The notes under the pieces were generated by a model, which was not told the origin of the DNA, searched no databases, and saw only the letters and a program-made list of their open reading frames with translations. The translations under genes and the position numbers were made by a program. DNA of 60,061 nt, counting the filler, from Dimargaris cristalligena (Eukaryota): assembly GCA_003614675.1 (NCBI GenBank). It is 2 parts of 2 records of this genome, joined end to end, with 100 filler letters (N's around TTAATTAATTAA, not from the genome) between each part and the next. Parts side by side here need not be neighbours in the genome. Positions count along the whole stretch, not along the records: positions 1 to 30,000 come from ML002468.1; positions 30,101 to 60,061 come from ML002469.1. One strand, given 5' to 3'. The first letter of the stretch is position 1; each line of letters opens with the position of its first letter. Positions 23,945 through 35,273 of the stretch are shown piece after piece.

Positions 23945-24859
23945 TTCCCTACTCTCTATTATCCTTTCTTTTTAATACATATAAAGAATACCGTTGGCCG
24001 TAAAATGCCGTTGGTTGTATTAGAGTCCGTTTTACGAAGAAGGCGAATAATAATAATACCTGATGATGCCCTTTCGGGTTATGGTTTGGCTGGTGATGAA
24101 GGGGAGGAGCGCCTATCGATTTGCAGCCTTATGATCCACCTGGTTGGATCGTTTAATAGTCGTGGTAATGAGGGGGGGGGGCTGTGTAATCCCGCCCATT
24201 TACCCAACCTAAATGGGGGCGGTCCCCTCCCCCCCTCTTTTTTTTGTATTTTATGGATCCCCTCTGGCAGTAATGCCCGATTTTACAGTCGGGGATAGTC
24301 GAGAACAACACGACTTTCCTTATAAAACCCTCCTCTCTCGATGAAAGTGACTGGAGGCGGTCAGATATATTTTAAAAATGGTGTGTGGGGTAGCCCCAGC
24401 CCGTTTTTCGGAGATGACCAGCTTAGTGAGACTACTTAAGGCTTTGGTAATGGGTATAACCCAAGCCTCAAGTAAGTATTTTAGCCAACGCCTCTATTGC
24501 TATTAAATGGTCATTTTGGCTGATACTAATCGTTCAGTCCACCCCCATCCCCAATCTTATTTTACATGGGTGCCACATAATAGAAACTACTTGGATAAGT
24601 CGTTGATTAATAGCTGTGACTACTCAGATCTAGTTTTTATTTATTGAACCAACATTCGGGGTAAATTGGCCGGCTATGATAGTGCTAGAGGGGATGGGTG
24701 TGTATGTGTGGATGGACGGAGGGAGGGTGCCCGAAATGGCCCAGTACGAGGGGGAGAAAGTACTGAGAAACACCCCGTCGATGCAATAAGATGAGAGAGA
24801 AGAGTTTTATGGTCTTTCGGGGTAGGAAGGTGGGGGCAGCGACTCCCCCCCGGCAGGGT

Positions 24860-25084
24860 TTACTTTTGCCCACCTCCAAGGTGCGCTTTACCCTTTTTAA
24901 TGGCATTGCTACCGAGCTGACGTGCCTTGTCAACCGGGTATTTTAAAGCATTTTTAAATAACTGCGTTTTGCTACCAACGATGGGGGAGCGCCTGGTCAA
25001 GGCAGGGGCCGCCACAGCCGGCTGACTGCCTGCGATAGTAAGGAGGACCGCAATGATGGTAATGCTGATGATGGAATTATTCAT
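24860..25084 (-). CDS. Small secreted pre-pro-peptide (74 aa) with a dibasic site and cationic C-terminal peptide
   Basis: ATG in ACCATG context, hydrophobic signal peptide ending PAVAA, pro-region APALTRR, Lys-rich 42-aa tail, and a (TA)n TATA-like tract ~75-95 nt upstream. Confidence 0.65.
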   Translation of the reverse strand: MNNSIISITIIAVLLTIAGSQPAVAAPALTRRSPIVGSKTQLFKNALKYPVDKARQLGSNAIKKGKAHLGGGQK

Positions 25085-26816
25085 GGTTATAATGGTGCGA
25101 GAATGGAAAAAATATGAAGGGGGGTGGGGTGGAAGGGAAGTAATGTTGGAGTGGAAGCTATATATATATATATATATATGTGTGTGTGACGGGGGATTGG
25201 AGGAGGGGCAGAATGTCTTGATGTCTAAATACGATAATGGTAAAGCGGAGGGGGAGATACAGTCGACTATAAATACCTTATTGGTTCAGGAAGGCGGCTA
25301 CATGTATGATTGTGGAGGCGGAGAGTGTCCGAAGCTATTCAGCCGTTTTTTCACCGGGGCGGGCTTCTGTCTGACCAGCCCGCGCACGCTATGGTTGCTA
25401 CGAGACGTCAATCAATCAATCAATATGGGTAGATTAGCCAGGTGAGCTGGTGGGGGCTTCATTATACTAGGAGGAGTTTGCGTTGCTGGATGGGTATTTT
25501 GATATAAAGTACTGCTGATACAAAGGGCCACTGCATCATTTGAAAACCAAAAGACGGGCACTCTTAAATTGCTTAAGAAAGATAAAGGAGAGCGAGAGAG
25601 ACAAGCAGGGAGACCACCACCGGTCATTAATTCGGGGTATAGTATTGTGCTCCATCTATATTAATTAGGAGGGTCCCCCCCTCCGTCCAGCTTATACTCG
25701 CAGGCCATACCTTCGGAACGGGTGTAGGTGGGAGTGGCCACGGGGAGGGGTGGTCGGAGTTTTATTTCCCTTCGTTTACCCTTACCCTACCTTACCTTCT
25801 TTTAGGGCAATCCAGTCCAGTCTAATGCCCCCGTCTCCCCAAAAACGTGTATGGGCTCCACTCAATCCGAGCCATCTACCACGAACCTCCATAGCCGTTT
25901 GGTAATACGGAAATAGGATGATTTGATTGCCACCACCGTCGGTTCAATTGGGGGCCGGCTGCGCTGCCCCGGGAGGGTAAACGTACATGTGGACTGCTAG
26001 TTTATTTAACACAATGCTTTGCTAATTACCCGGTCTGGTCTAGATAGCAGAGCGTCCGACAGACTCTCCTTTGGTTTGCCATACATAATACACTATAAAA
26101 AATTAAATCATTTTGAATGGCTTTTTATATAGATTTGTTTTGACTGCCCAACTAGTCCATGTAAATAAGCAAAAGGGTGACTACATATCTTTTCTTGTCT
26201 ATTCAGGGCCATTGGAAATGAATAAGAAGTTCATAACTAATAACCAGCATCTAAGATAGGGCTATGCCAAATACAACGGGCCATCGTAAAATGATGGTTC
26301 CCCAGACCGATATGACAGGAAGACATGGGGAAGGGGGGAGTGTATTTGGCGAATCTTTTAATAACAATAGTATGAAATGGCAATTTTTGGAAGTCACTGG
26401 TATGGCTTGGGATATAAACAAACGCACATACACATTGTATATGGGTTTAATAATATACTAATGGTATTTTATAAATGGAGAAACACGATAGAAACCACAC
26501 TTGAAGTGGATAAAATACGAAGTTAGAAGCGACTTGAATTCTCTAGGCCAATTTATACTACCCATGTAAATACAAAACTAGAGCAAATGGCGTTGGATGT
26601 GATACTTAAATGCCAGCCGCCGATGTGACCATGTAAACAAGACAGTAAGTGTATGTGTATGCGTATGTATATATAGATAGGTATATTAATGGTGTATATT
26701 TTTTGAAAAAATAAAACTAATGAAAAGAGCAACCAAAATAACGATTTTGTTTTTTAAAAAAAACAAGCCCAACAAACCTATTAAGCAGGTGTAAAATTGT
26801 AGAGGATTATACCAGC

Positions 26817-28970
26817 TTAAATAGTCGCCTGGGCCAAGGTCTCAATCACCTTTTCCAGCGGCACGTCAGCCTGAACAGCTTTGTATTCTTTGGGTTCCGT
26901 TTCCACTTCCGCCGCGGCCTCTTCTGCTTCCTCATCCGACCAGCTGTCATCGAACCACATCAACAGGGGATCGTTTTCGTACGTCGGGAACAAGTACTGC
27001 ACGTCTTCCCAGAATGGGTGGTCAGCGGCCGGCAGACTGGTGAAACAGCCGTTCTCGGCCATATGCTTAGCTAACGGAGTTATCGAGTCGCTGCTTCCTT
27101 CGGGACCGGCGCCCGCCACTTCGGTGTCGCAGGCCATGCACACGCCCCGGCCGGTTTGGCGACGAATGAAATTGATCAGACGGATCGTTTGGTAGAAATC
27201 GAGACCGCGGGCCCGGCGCAGCGCGGGTAAGTCAAACCCGTGGGCCTCACGCATGTGGTCACAGGCATCGGCGGGCGACGCGGCCACGGTATTATCGAAC
27301 AAACACATGGTGTTCTCGGGGCTAGTATCGTCTTCCTGCCAGTCTCCCCAGCCTTCGCCATCCTCATCGTCGTCGTTCAAGTTGGCGTTCAGGTGGCCGC
27401 CTTCGGTCTGGTTGCCGTTGGAGAGGTCATCGTTGTTGGTATTGTTGTTGGCTGAGGGTTGCTTCCGGTCGCGCGACGGACGCCGTTCCTCTTCACTATC
27501 GTATACTTCATTCTCGAAATTCTCCCAGTTCTTACCAGGTTCCAAGAAATTCACAATGTAGAACCGGTCATACAGGCGGTTACGGGCGCTAATCTTGAAA
27601 TGCTTCTTCTTGCGCATATGCTTACGCAGAACAGCCGTGGAGGTGAAGGTCTTCTCGCAGTAGAGGCACTGCAGTTCGGCCAGTTTCGTTTCCAGGATGG
27701 TGAGGAATTCGTTCACGTCGACGAGGTTGTCGGGCAGACCGATGTTGAAGTTGTGTTCCGTGAACATGTGGCGGAAGAGTCGGTAGCGGTTTTCACACAT
27801 TTGTTTGCAGAAGAGGCACTTGCGGGACTGGGGACTGTCGGTCTGGCGCTCACGGGCCTGCGTTTGGAGAATCTCGTTGAGTTTACCCTTTTGGAGGTCG
27901 GTGCGCAGCTCCAGGTCGGCGGGACATTGGCTGGCGTCGATAAGGTAGTTCGAACCGGCGGTGACGACGGTAGTAGTGCTGGTGGTGGTCGCTACGCCCG
28001 CGGGCAAGGTGGCGGGATCGGCCTCGGCGGCCTGGAGTTTCTCGGCCCACGAATCGAGGTACTTTTGTAGGGAAAATACCATGTGCTGGATATTCTTGAA
28101 CACCAACCCGTGGCAGTCGTTCAAATGGTTGGTCAACTGGCTGGGTTGGGTGAGAGGCAGCGTATCGTCGGGGCAGTTGCTAAACGGGCACAGCACCAGG
28201 AAGGACACGGGGGGGAAGACGGCCTCGATATCTTCTTCCTCGTCGTCATCATCATCATCATCGTCGTCATCGGCGTCGTTCTCGCCGTCCGCCTGGTCAG
28301 CGGTAGCGGACTTGGGGGGGTCAGTGGTACCCTTCTTTTTCAACTCGAGCTTGCCGGCCCGCGGGATGTAGTGGTTATGGGTATGGGTCAAGGGTTTGCC
28401 TTCAGCATCCTTACGACGAGCCGCCCCCGGATAGTTCGAGGTGGCACCCCCCTCGCGGGTCCTCGAGGGCCCACCCCGGGGAAGACTACCCCCACCGTTA
28501 GCTGCGGCCTGACTAGGTTCCCGCTTGGTGGCGGAGGACGACGGTCCCGCTGAACGACCACCGCGGGTCCAGGGGGTGCTCGACTTGGGGCGACCGGTAA
28601 CTTCAGAGGAAGTCGGGCGACTCCCGCTGTCCCGCGCTGACTGGGCTCCCCCCCGGCCACCGGTTGTGGTTGCCGTAGAAGGGGCAGTGGAAGCACCACG
28701 GCCACCGCGGTAGCCTCCGCGGGAAGGACGGGGGCCAGTACCGCTGGGGGCAGCCGCCTTGCTAGGCCCGGTGCCCAGAGTGGTAGGGGCGACGGACGGC
28801 TTGTTGGGAGCAGCCGCCGCTTGGGCGTACAGGCGCGGGGCAGGGGCGGTGAAATTGCGCTGTTTAGTCGGGGCCGAGTCCGAAGTGGCCGGGTTCAGTC
28901 CGGCGGGACGGAGGCCGAGATCGGCGGGGCGGGCAGGGGGTGGAGTTGGTTTGGCTTCGGAATCCGACAT
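26817..28970 (-). CDS. ZNF277: Zinc finger protein 277 homologue (C2H2), 717 aa, single exon
   Basis: CLFC...HNFNIGLPDNLV..NEFL..LE.KL..LQCLYCEKTF....LRKHMRKKKH.KI..RN..YDRFYIVNFLEPGKNW and HGFDL...GLDFYQTIRLINFIRR...W...QYLFPTYENDPLL are ZNF277 signatures. Confidence 0.9.
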   Translation of the reverse strand: MSDSEAKPTPPPARPADLGLRPAGLNPATSDSAPTKQRNFTAPAPRLYAQAAAAPNKPSVAPTTLGTGPSKAAAPSGTGPRPSRGGYRGGRGASTAPSTATTTGGRGGAQSARDSGSRPTSSEVTGRPKSSTPWTRGGRSAGPSSSATKREPSQAAANGGGSLPRGGPSRTREGGATSNYPGAARRKDAEGKPLTHTHNHYIPRAGKLELKKKGTTDPPKSATADQADGENDADDDDDDDDDDEEEDIEAVFPPVSFLVLCPFSNCPDDTLPLTQPSQLTNHLNDCHGLVFKNIQHMVFSLQKYLDSWAEKLQAAEADPATLPAGVATTTSTTTVVTAGSNYLIDASQCPADLELRTDLQKGKLNEILQTQARERQTDSPQSRKCLFCKQMCENRYRLFRHMFTEHNFNIGLPDNLVDVNEFLTILETKLAELQCLYCEKTFTSTAVLRKHMRKKKHFKISARNRLYDRFYIVNFLEPGKNWENFENEVYDSEEERRPSRDRKQPSANNNTNNDDLSNGNQTEGGHLNANLNDDDEDGEGWGDWQEDDTSPENTMCLFDNTVAASPADACDHMREAHGFDLPALRRARGLDFYQTIRLINFIRRQTGRGVCMACDTEVAGAGPEGSSDSITPLAKHMAENGCFTSLPAADHPFWEDVQYLFPTYENDPLLMWFDDSWSDEEAEEAAAEVETEPKEYKAVQADVPLEKVIETLAQATI

Positions 28971-30000
28971 ACTTTATAATATAGAGAAAGATGGGAATGA
29001 AACCCCAAAGAAAAAAGCAAAGTAAATATAATAGAGTAGAGTAGAGGGGAATGAAGGAAGGGGAGAGAGAAGTGGGCACTGCAGCACCAGATAACTAACT
29101 AGTGGTGAGTCGCTGGGAGGCTGTAATAGTGGGATCGGTAAAAAATATACCGACCAAGTTTGTTTTCGAGGTATTCCGAAGCGGGACAAACGTATTGACG
29201 GGGAAGCTTCGAACGACGGTTTAATAGAAGAAGGCAAGCAGGTGAAGAAAGTACCTTGGCGGATACAAGTCTTTTATTAAGAGGTCTTGCGTTGGATAGT
29301 CGAAGATACCGGGTTCGTCATGCCACACTATGGGGTGGGCGCATACACTCAGTGTATGCCTTCGAAACTGCGGACCCGCTGGGCCCTTCTCGAAGCCACT
29401 GGGGGGAACTCACACTGCATACCCTTGCTCCTCCCCCCCTCGTAACTCCGCTAGAGTTTAGTTGATTAACCGAGGCAGAGGTGATACACTCTATCCCGAC
29501 CGTGAAAAAAAAATCCCCATCAAAACATCACACATTCCATACATAACCACTGGCTAGCTACGAATCATTGGCATGGAATTGGTTTGTATGGAGGAAATCT
29601 TAGGCAATAGGTGGCCTAGTCTTTTAATTCGCTTATGCTGCCCTGTTGTTCAGCAGTATCCAATCAATCCAGTCGTCACCACCACATGCCCGAAAGAAGG
29701 TTTTCCGGTAGGTGGGTAGAGTGCCAATTGGAAATAGAAATATATAGCCATTCAAAAGGTTTTTTATTACGCATATCTACACCAAGGTATCAGGGGGTAA
29801 AATCACTCATCATCACAGTCCAGGAATAGCACAGCTGAGGGTGCTAAAGCCAGTGCTCAGCCTATTTCCGGTAGTTTAAATAAAGACAACAGTAAAAAGA
29901 TGGAGTGGGAGAGTTTTTGGATATACAGCGGCAGCCATTTAATCCAAGTCGTTAGCAGCCGTGATATCGCACGGTTCGTCGGACCGGCTACTATTCACGG

Positions 30001-30100
30001 NNNNNNNNNNNNNNNNNNNNNNNNNNNNNNNNNNNNNNNNNNNNTTAATTAATTAANNNNNNNNNNNNNNNNNNNNNNNNNNNNNNNNNNNNNNNNNNNN
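30001..30100. other. Assembly or concatenation spacer (N44-TTAATTAATTAA-N44)
   Basis: 100-nt N run with a palindromic all-frame-stop linker at 30045-30056. Confidence 0.97.
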
Positions 30101-30155
30101 CCCTTGCCTATTCATTCTGTGCGGCATTTATTTTTATTGGTTTCTCGTTTTTTCT
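30101..30155 (+). repeat. Exact 55-nt inverted repeat, arm 1 (arm 2 at 31381-31435)
   Basis: CCCTTGCCTATTCATTCTGTGCGGCATTTATTTTTATTGGTTTCTCGTTTTTTCT is the reverse complement of 31381-31435. Confidence 0.95.
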
Positions 30156-31380
30156 ACCCCCTCCGCCCCCATTCGCTGCCATTCCCCTGCCCCCTTTCCA
30201 TCCACCCTCGGAAGCTTCGTTACCGTTCCAGCCCACCATGATATTAAGACGGCCCAATAACCCGGACAGCCCTGCTGCTAAAAAAGAGCTTCTGGATCTG
30301 TTCCGCAAAGGATAATAAGGGGAAGGGACACCGCCCTCATTCCAAAGAGAAACACGCGGATACTAATTTCTAAATAAATGATTGATTGCCAACATTCTGA
30401 AGTATCCCATTGGTGAGCATGTCCGGGTTGATTAAGGAATAATAGACATGTTAAGCATATGATTATTTCTAACGAATACTATACTCCGAACTACAGTAGG
30501 TCAGGAATCAATTGGAGTTGATCGGTCAGTCTACGGTACGGCTCTTGATTATTTCGATCGATGGCAATCCAGCCCTCGCTAAAACTCAAGGAATCAAGCG
30601 ACATATGCTATACTCTCTATAGCCATACCCTATTGACTTGGGACACCAAGCAACTCCATACTCTTACAGTTACGAGGACCCAATCCCCAACCATATGGGA
30701 GTAGTTCAGCAAGGCTGTATAGCGAAAAATCCGTTTGATGAGGCAAATACTACTGGTTGAAAATAAACATCCCACTGATTTTCCCATACACATATCAGTT
30801 AAATTCTTATATAGCTAAGCTGAACTTCACCCATATACAAACGACATCACTCTTGAGGGATTCGGATAATATATTAATTATCTCAAGCGATACCAAATCA
30901 ACCACTTAGCAGAATGAAACAAATAAGAAGGCAGCGGGTGCGGATATGTATATATGTATATAATTGACTATGTATACGGATAAAAAAACACGGGGAGAAG
31001 GAGGCAAGAAAGGTTGGGAAAATCACCTATTAGATTCCCAACAAATTCCATCGAGGTTCCCCCCAAAGAACAATTAAACAAATGTGCGAATATGTAAACT
31101 TGGAAGTAAAATGACAAATGCTTAAAGATAAACGATCCCCTCTCTTTTATCTGGCAACTGGATGGAACCGAAGCAGATTGGTGAAGTGGAGCAATCGGAA
31201 GAGAGCGGTTAAGAGGGACGAAATGAACGAGCGAAATATACCCCAAGATGGGGGGTATACGGCTGTTGGAGGCAAATAAATGAGAAATAATTAGGGTCGG
31301 CAGTAAAGGACAGGGGCAATTGGGAAATAGCCATGGCGTGAACTTGAGAAGAGAAGGTAAGCAGAGGGTGATCGGGGGTA

Positions 31381-31435
31381 AGAAAAAACGAGAAACCAAT
31401 AAAAATAAATGCCGCACAGAATGAATAGGCAAGGG
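31381..31435 (-). repeat. Exact 55-nt inverted repeat, arm 2
   Basis: Reverse complement of 30101-30155. Confidence 0.95.
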
Positions 31436-31610
31436 ACACGCCTTGCCGGTGGTGTTAAGTTGAAATGGGGTTTGGATGATAGAATGGCGATTACAGCACG
31501 ATGGTACAGGAAAACGTTACCGTGGCCTAGCTAGCATAAGGCCTGAAAAATAGAATAATAAAAAATAGGATGGGTGCGCGCCGATTCTGTAGGGAAGTCC
31601 ACTGGGGCTA

Positions 31611-33731
31611 CTAATACGGTGGATAACGGTGTCGGTGAGTGTAATGGGTACGCCATCGGCCTAGAAATCAAATAAAGGCAACGGTAACATCTTTCGAGTT
31701 AATAAACGGGATGTGTATAGCGAAGGCGAGATATCAGGAGGACACACATGGACATAATGCGTAATCCAGTCCAAGGTAGCCGCAATACCACCAAATAATA
31801 ATTAAATATTGAATAAAACGGAAGCAGGTGGATGGGGTAATATTTACCGTAGGGATTAAAGTGATAGTAGTTGGGATAACCCGGTACGGGGAGAGGAAGA
31901 GGAATGGGTGGAGGCACCCCATACCCACCAGGTGGGAATGGAGCTCCTGTTGAACGTAGCACGAATCATAGGTGATGGGAGCAGGGGAGGGGGATGATGG
32001 GAGAGACAATCAGTCAATATTCACCTAGGGACGTGGGGGAGAAGAGAGGATGAGGGGGAGGGGAATGGCAGGTCAAACATCCATGGGGTGGTAGGGTTGG
32101 TTTCAAGCAGTAGTCGGGATGATCAGAGTGGCCGGCGATACAGAAACGTGATCAAGGTTTGGCGAGATTTGAATTGGAGAAAGAAGAGGGCACACATACA
32201 GACGACAGAACTCTAAACGAAACGGAACGCATACCACCACCCACATGGTGATAAGTACGTTAACATGAATAAATCCTGATAACATGACATGACTAGCCGG
32301 ATGGCATACCTGCTGATCCGTACGGACTGGTGCGGTAAGAATTGTAGTGGGGCGGGGGATTGGCTGGGCCACCGTGACCTGAGCCGGCGGAGGAAATGAT
32401 GGTGATGAAAAAGACACGAGTTGGTAAGTTAGCGAAGACGCTGCGTGATACATCACTATATACGGGATATTCTGACATAACCCTCCCTGTCTATTTCCAA
32501 CCCGGGGTTGGTGATCATGAAGAGCTTCACCAAATGGAGTTTGACTTACCGCGATATCCGTTCGGCATATGATCCGAAGAGCCTGCGTTGGGGTACGATG
32601 AAGGACCAGGGGGTGGGTAGTGCGAGTAACCCCGGGACTGGTGGCGAGGCGACGAAGGATTGGATGGGCGCCGTTGACCCGAGGATGTCCCCAGAGGTGT
32701 CCGGGAACTACCATTGCCGGTCGAGTCGGACACAAGCTGTCCATTACGGTAAACCCGCGAACGTCCATTGATGACTTCTTCCACGGTCACATTACCATCC
32801 TGGTCGGTGGTTTCCGTTTGCGAAATCACCTCACCATTCACCACGCGGCGAGTGGTTCGTACGGACGGCATTCGGCGCGCAAATGAAGGCTGGTGATCAG
32901 TGGGGGGAGAATTGGGCGGAGCATGGTGGGAAGTGGTCGGCGACGGAGGGTGGCCCCCGAACGAGCCCGAAAAACTCGAGTCAAACATTGAAGGGAACGG
33001 GCCCGATTGGAACGATGGGTCGGCCCAAGGCCCCGAACCCTTGCGCATAGTGGGGCCACCTCGATTACCTTCATGGGGACCGGCATGACCAATGCCGTAG
33101 GGCGGGCCGCGTCCCCCGAAGGGTGAACCGAATGCAAATGGGAAGCCACTGCCGAATACGGAGGGAAACCCGGAGCTAGGGCCGGCAAACATGGGGTTTC
33201 CTCTTGGCATATCCATGAAGGTCCGAAAAGGATCGTCATGTCCGAATATTTCCTGGAAAATATCCTCTGCACTGCGGAATACAAATGGGCTACCGTGTGC
33301 GTATGGAGGCCCGCCTGGTCCACTTGGACCGCTGGGGCCGCCGTTAGGATTGCCACTCGCCCGTAACCCGGCTTCGCCGTGTTTGTCGTAGATTATCCGG
33401 GATTTTTCTATTAGGGGAGGTGATGGAGCGTGACATGGATTATAAAAATTACAATGGTGAATTGGTGTAAATAGACGGGGCTACAATAACGAGTCGATAT
33501 TCAACGGTGGGTTGACTGGGACTTAAAAGAAAATACCAAGTACTCACCGTCCTTCAACACCTGGTAGGCTTCGGAAACTAGTTTGAATTTTTCTTCGGCA
33601 ACATCCTTATTGGTCATATTCTTATCGGGGTGCCAGCGCAGCGAGGCCTTCCGGTAGGCCTTCTTGATTTCTTCAGCAGAGGCCTGCTGGGACACATCGA
33701 GAATCTCGTAGTAGCGTAATCCTTTGGCCAT
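31611..33731 (-). CDS. Class B J-domain (Hsp40) protein, DNAJB6/DNAJB2-like; exons 33731-33548, 33407-32550, 32378-32310, then probably 31946-31848 and 31660-31611
   Basis: J-domain YYEILDV...[17 protein letters not shown]...[32 protein letters not shown], then [13 protein letters not shown], a G/F-rich region and the DNAJB6-type C-terminal beta segment [11 protein letters not shown]...VTVEE.ING...VYRNG. The 3' exons are less certain. Confidence 0.85.
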
Positions 33732-34046
33732 GGCGACCGACTGGAAAATAGAAATGGGCAATGGGACACAGGAGGGGTGTGGGGAAACGCGCAGCTACTT
33801 TTTTTTTAAAAAAAATGGGGGTATTAAGTGAGGTGGTTGCTCGGGGGGTTTAGAATGTGGTATGGGTAAGGAGGTGGGAAGGACACGAGCTGCACGTGGT
33901 AAATCAAGTCGAAAAAACCAAAACAGTTGGAAACAGACTGGAATTCCGCTGCAAAATGCTGGGAAAGCTGTAAAGTAAGACCAACAATAAGAAGGGACGG
34001 GAGTGAGTGGGTTAACCTGACAAAAAAAGACGACCGCGTGTGTAAT

Positions 34047-34237
34047 AATTACCCGGGTTTAACAGGAGGAAAGGCCAGTTAGAAGCAAGCAGTCAACTGA
34101 CACGAAAAAGAGAGAAATAGTGGGAGAGAGAGAGAGAGAGAGAATTACCCGGGTTTAACAGGAGGAAAGGCCAGTTAGAAGCAAGCAGTCAACTGACACG
34201 AAAAAGAGAGAAATAGTGAGAGAGAGAGAGAGAGAGA
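34047..34237. repeat. ~96-bp tandem duplication ending in (GA)n
   Basis: AATTACCCGGGTTTAACAGG...GAGAAATAGTG(G)GAGAGA... occurs at 34047 and again at 34143. Confidence 0.92.
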
Positions 34238-35238
34238 CTCCCGAATACAAAGAGGTAAAGCCAGAGAAAGATGAGACACGGCCCAATCCCACTGGCGACT
34301 GTAGGAAGTAGGAATAGAAGGCGAGAGAAGGAGAAGAATATACGGGCGGATATGCTCGGGTGAGGGTAGCAGCAACGGTACGTACGATTGACGTATTGGT
34401 GAGTTAATCACGGACTGGGACGGGAGAAGGCTAATAAGACGGAGCAGTATGGCCGAGGATAACTAGGAAATATAATATAGACGAGGGAGAGGAGGAGGTG
34501 GAGTTAGAATTCAGTTGATGGGAGAGTTGTTGGGTTGGGTTGATGGAGAGTGAGAAGACTGCCGGGCTATTCATGAGAGGGGGGGAGAAAAGGGGAAGGA
34601 CATATATGCGCGAATGGCAGGGCCCACAATGGTAAGGCCCTGGGAGGGTTGGTCAGCTAAACAAGGGTGGAAAGCATTGTGGGCCACGCTTAGAAGAGTG
34701 TATGCGCGTCTGCACGAACGGAAAGGAAGGAACGGAAGGGGGGCAAAGCATGGGCAGGCCGTCCTCCCCAGAACCGTTGAGTCTATGCACCCCCCAACTA
34801 GGTAAGCTGGGCCACGGCCACTCCTTCCCGACAACGGCCAGGGAGATATACTACCCCTTATCTGCGGGACAGAATATATCTGCCATAACCAGGGCCTCCG
34901 AAAGATAAACGAGGCTATATTTTTAAAGAAACGAGACGAGGAGAGCTACTCAAGTCAATGACAAAAAGCCCGAGAAATACCTTAGCAGCGACTTCTGGGT
35001 GGACGAAGTGGTAAGGCGGGACCGGGCAGTAGCAGGCCTCGACTGAAAAGGGTATTAGGAAATAGGTAAAACGAACTGGGACTACAACTAGAGCTACGAA
35101 TAAGCCGAAGGGCGCGCGACTAAGAGGACTTGACTAAAGCGTATTGTGAGGCTAACGAAGGGAAAAGAGGAAATGGGGAAACAGAAAACAAGCGGAGAGA
35201 GCTCAAAAGAACGTAGTCCGTCCAAAGCAGCGGAAGGG

Positions 35239-35242
<4 letters not shown>

Positions 35243-35270
<28 letters not shown>
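35243..35270. repeat. (GA)n microsatellite
   Basis: Read directly from the sequence. Confidence 0.9.

Positions 35271-35273
<3 letters not shown>

Noticed and set aside
29341..29359. Perfect hairpin GCATACAC-TCA-GTGTATGC upstream of ZNF277
   Set aside because: An 8-bp stem is expected by chance in 60 kb and there is no other support.
30045..30056. Palindromic TTAATTAATTAA
   Set aside because: Artificial all-frame-stop linker inside the N spacer. No gene-neighbourhood claims were made across it.
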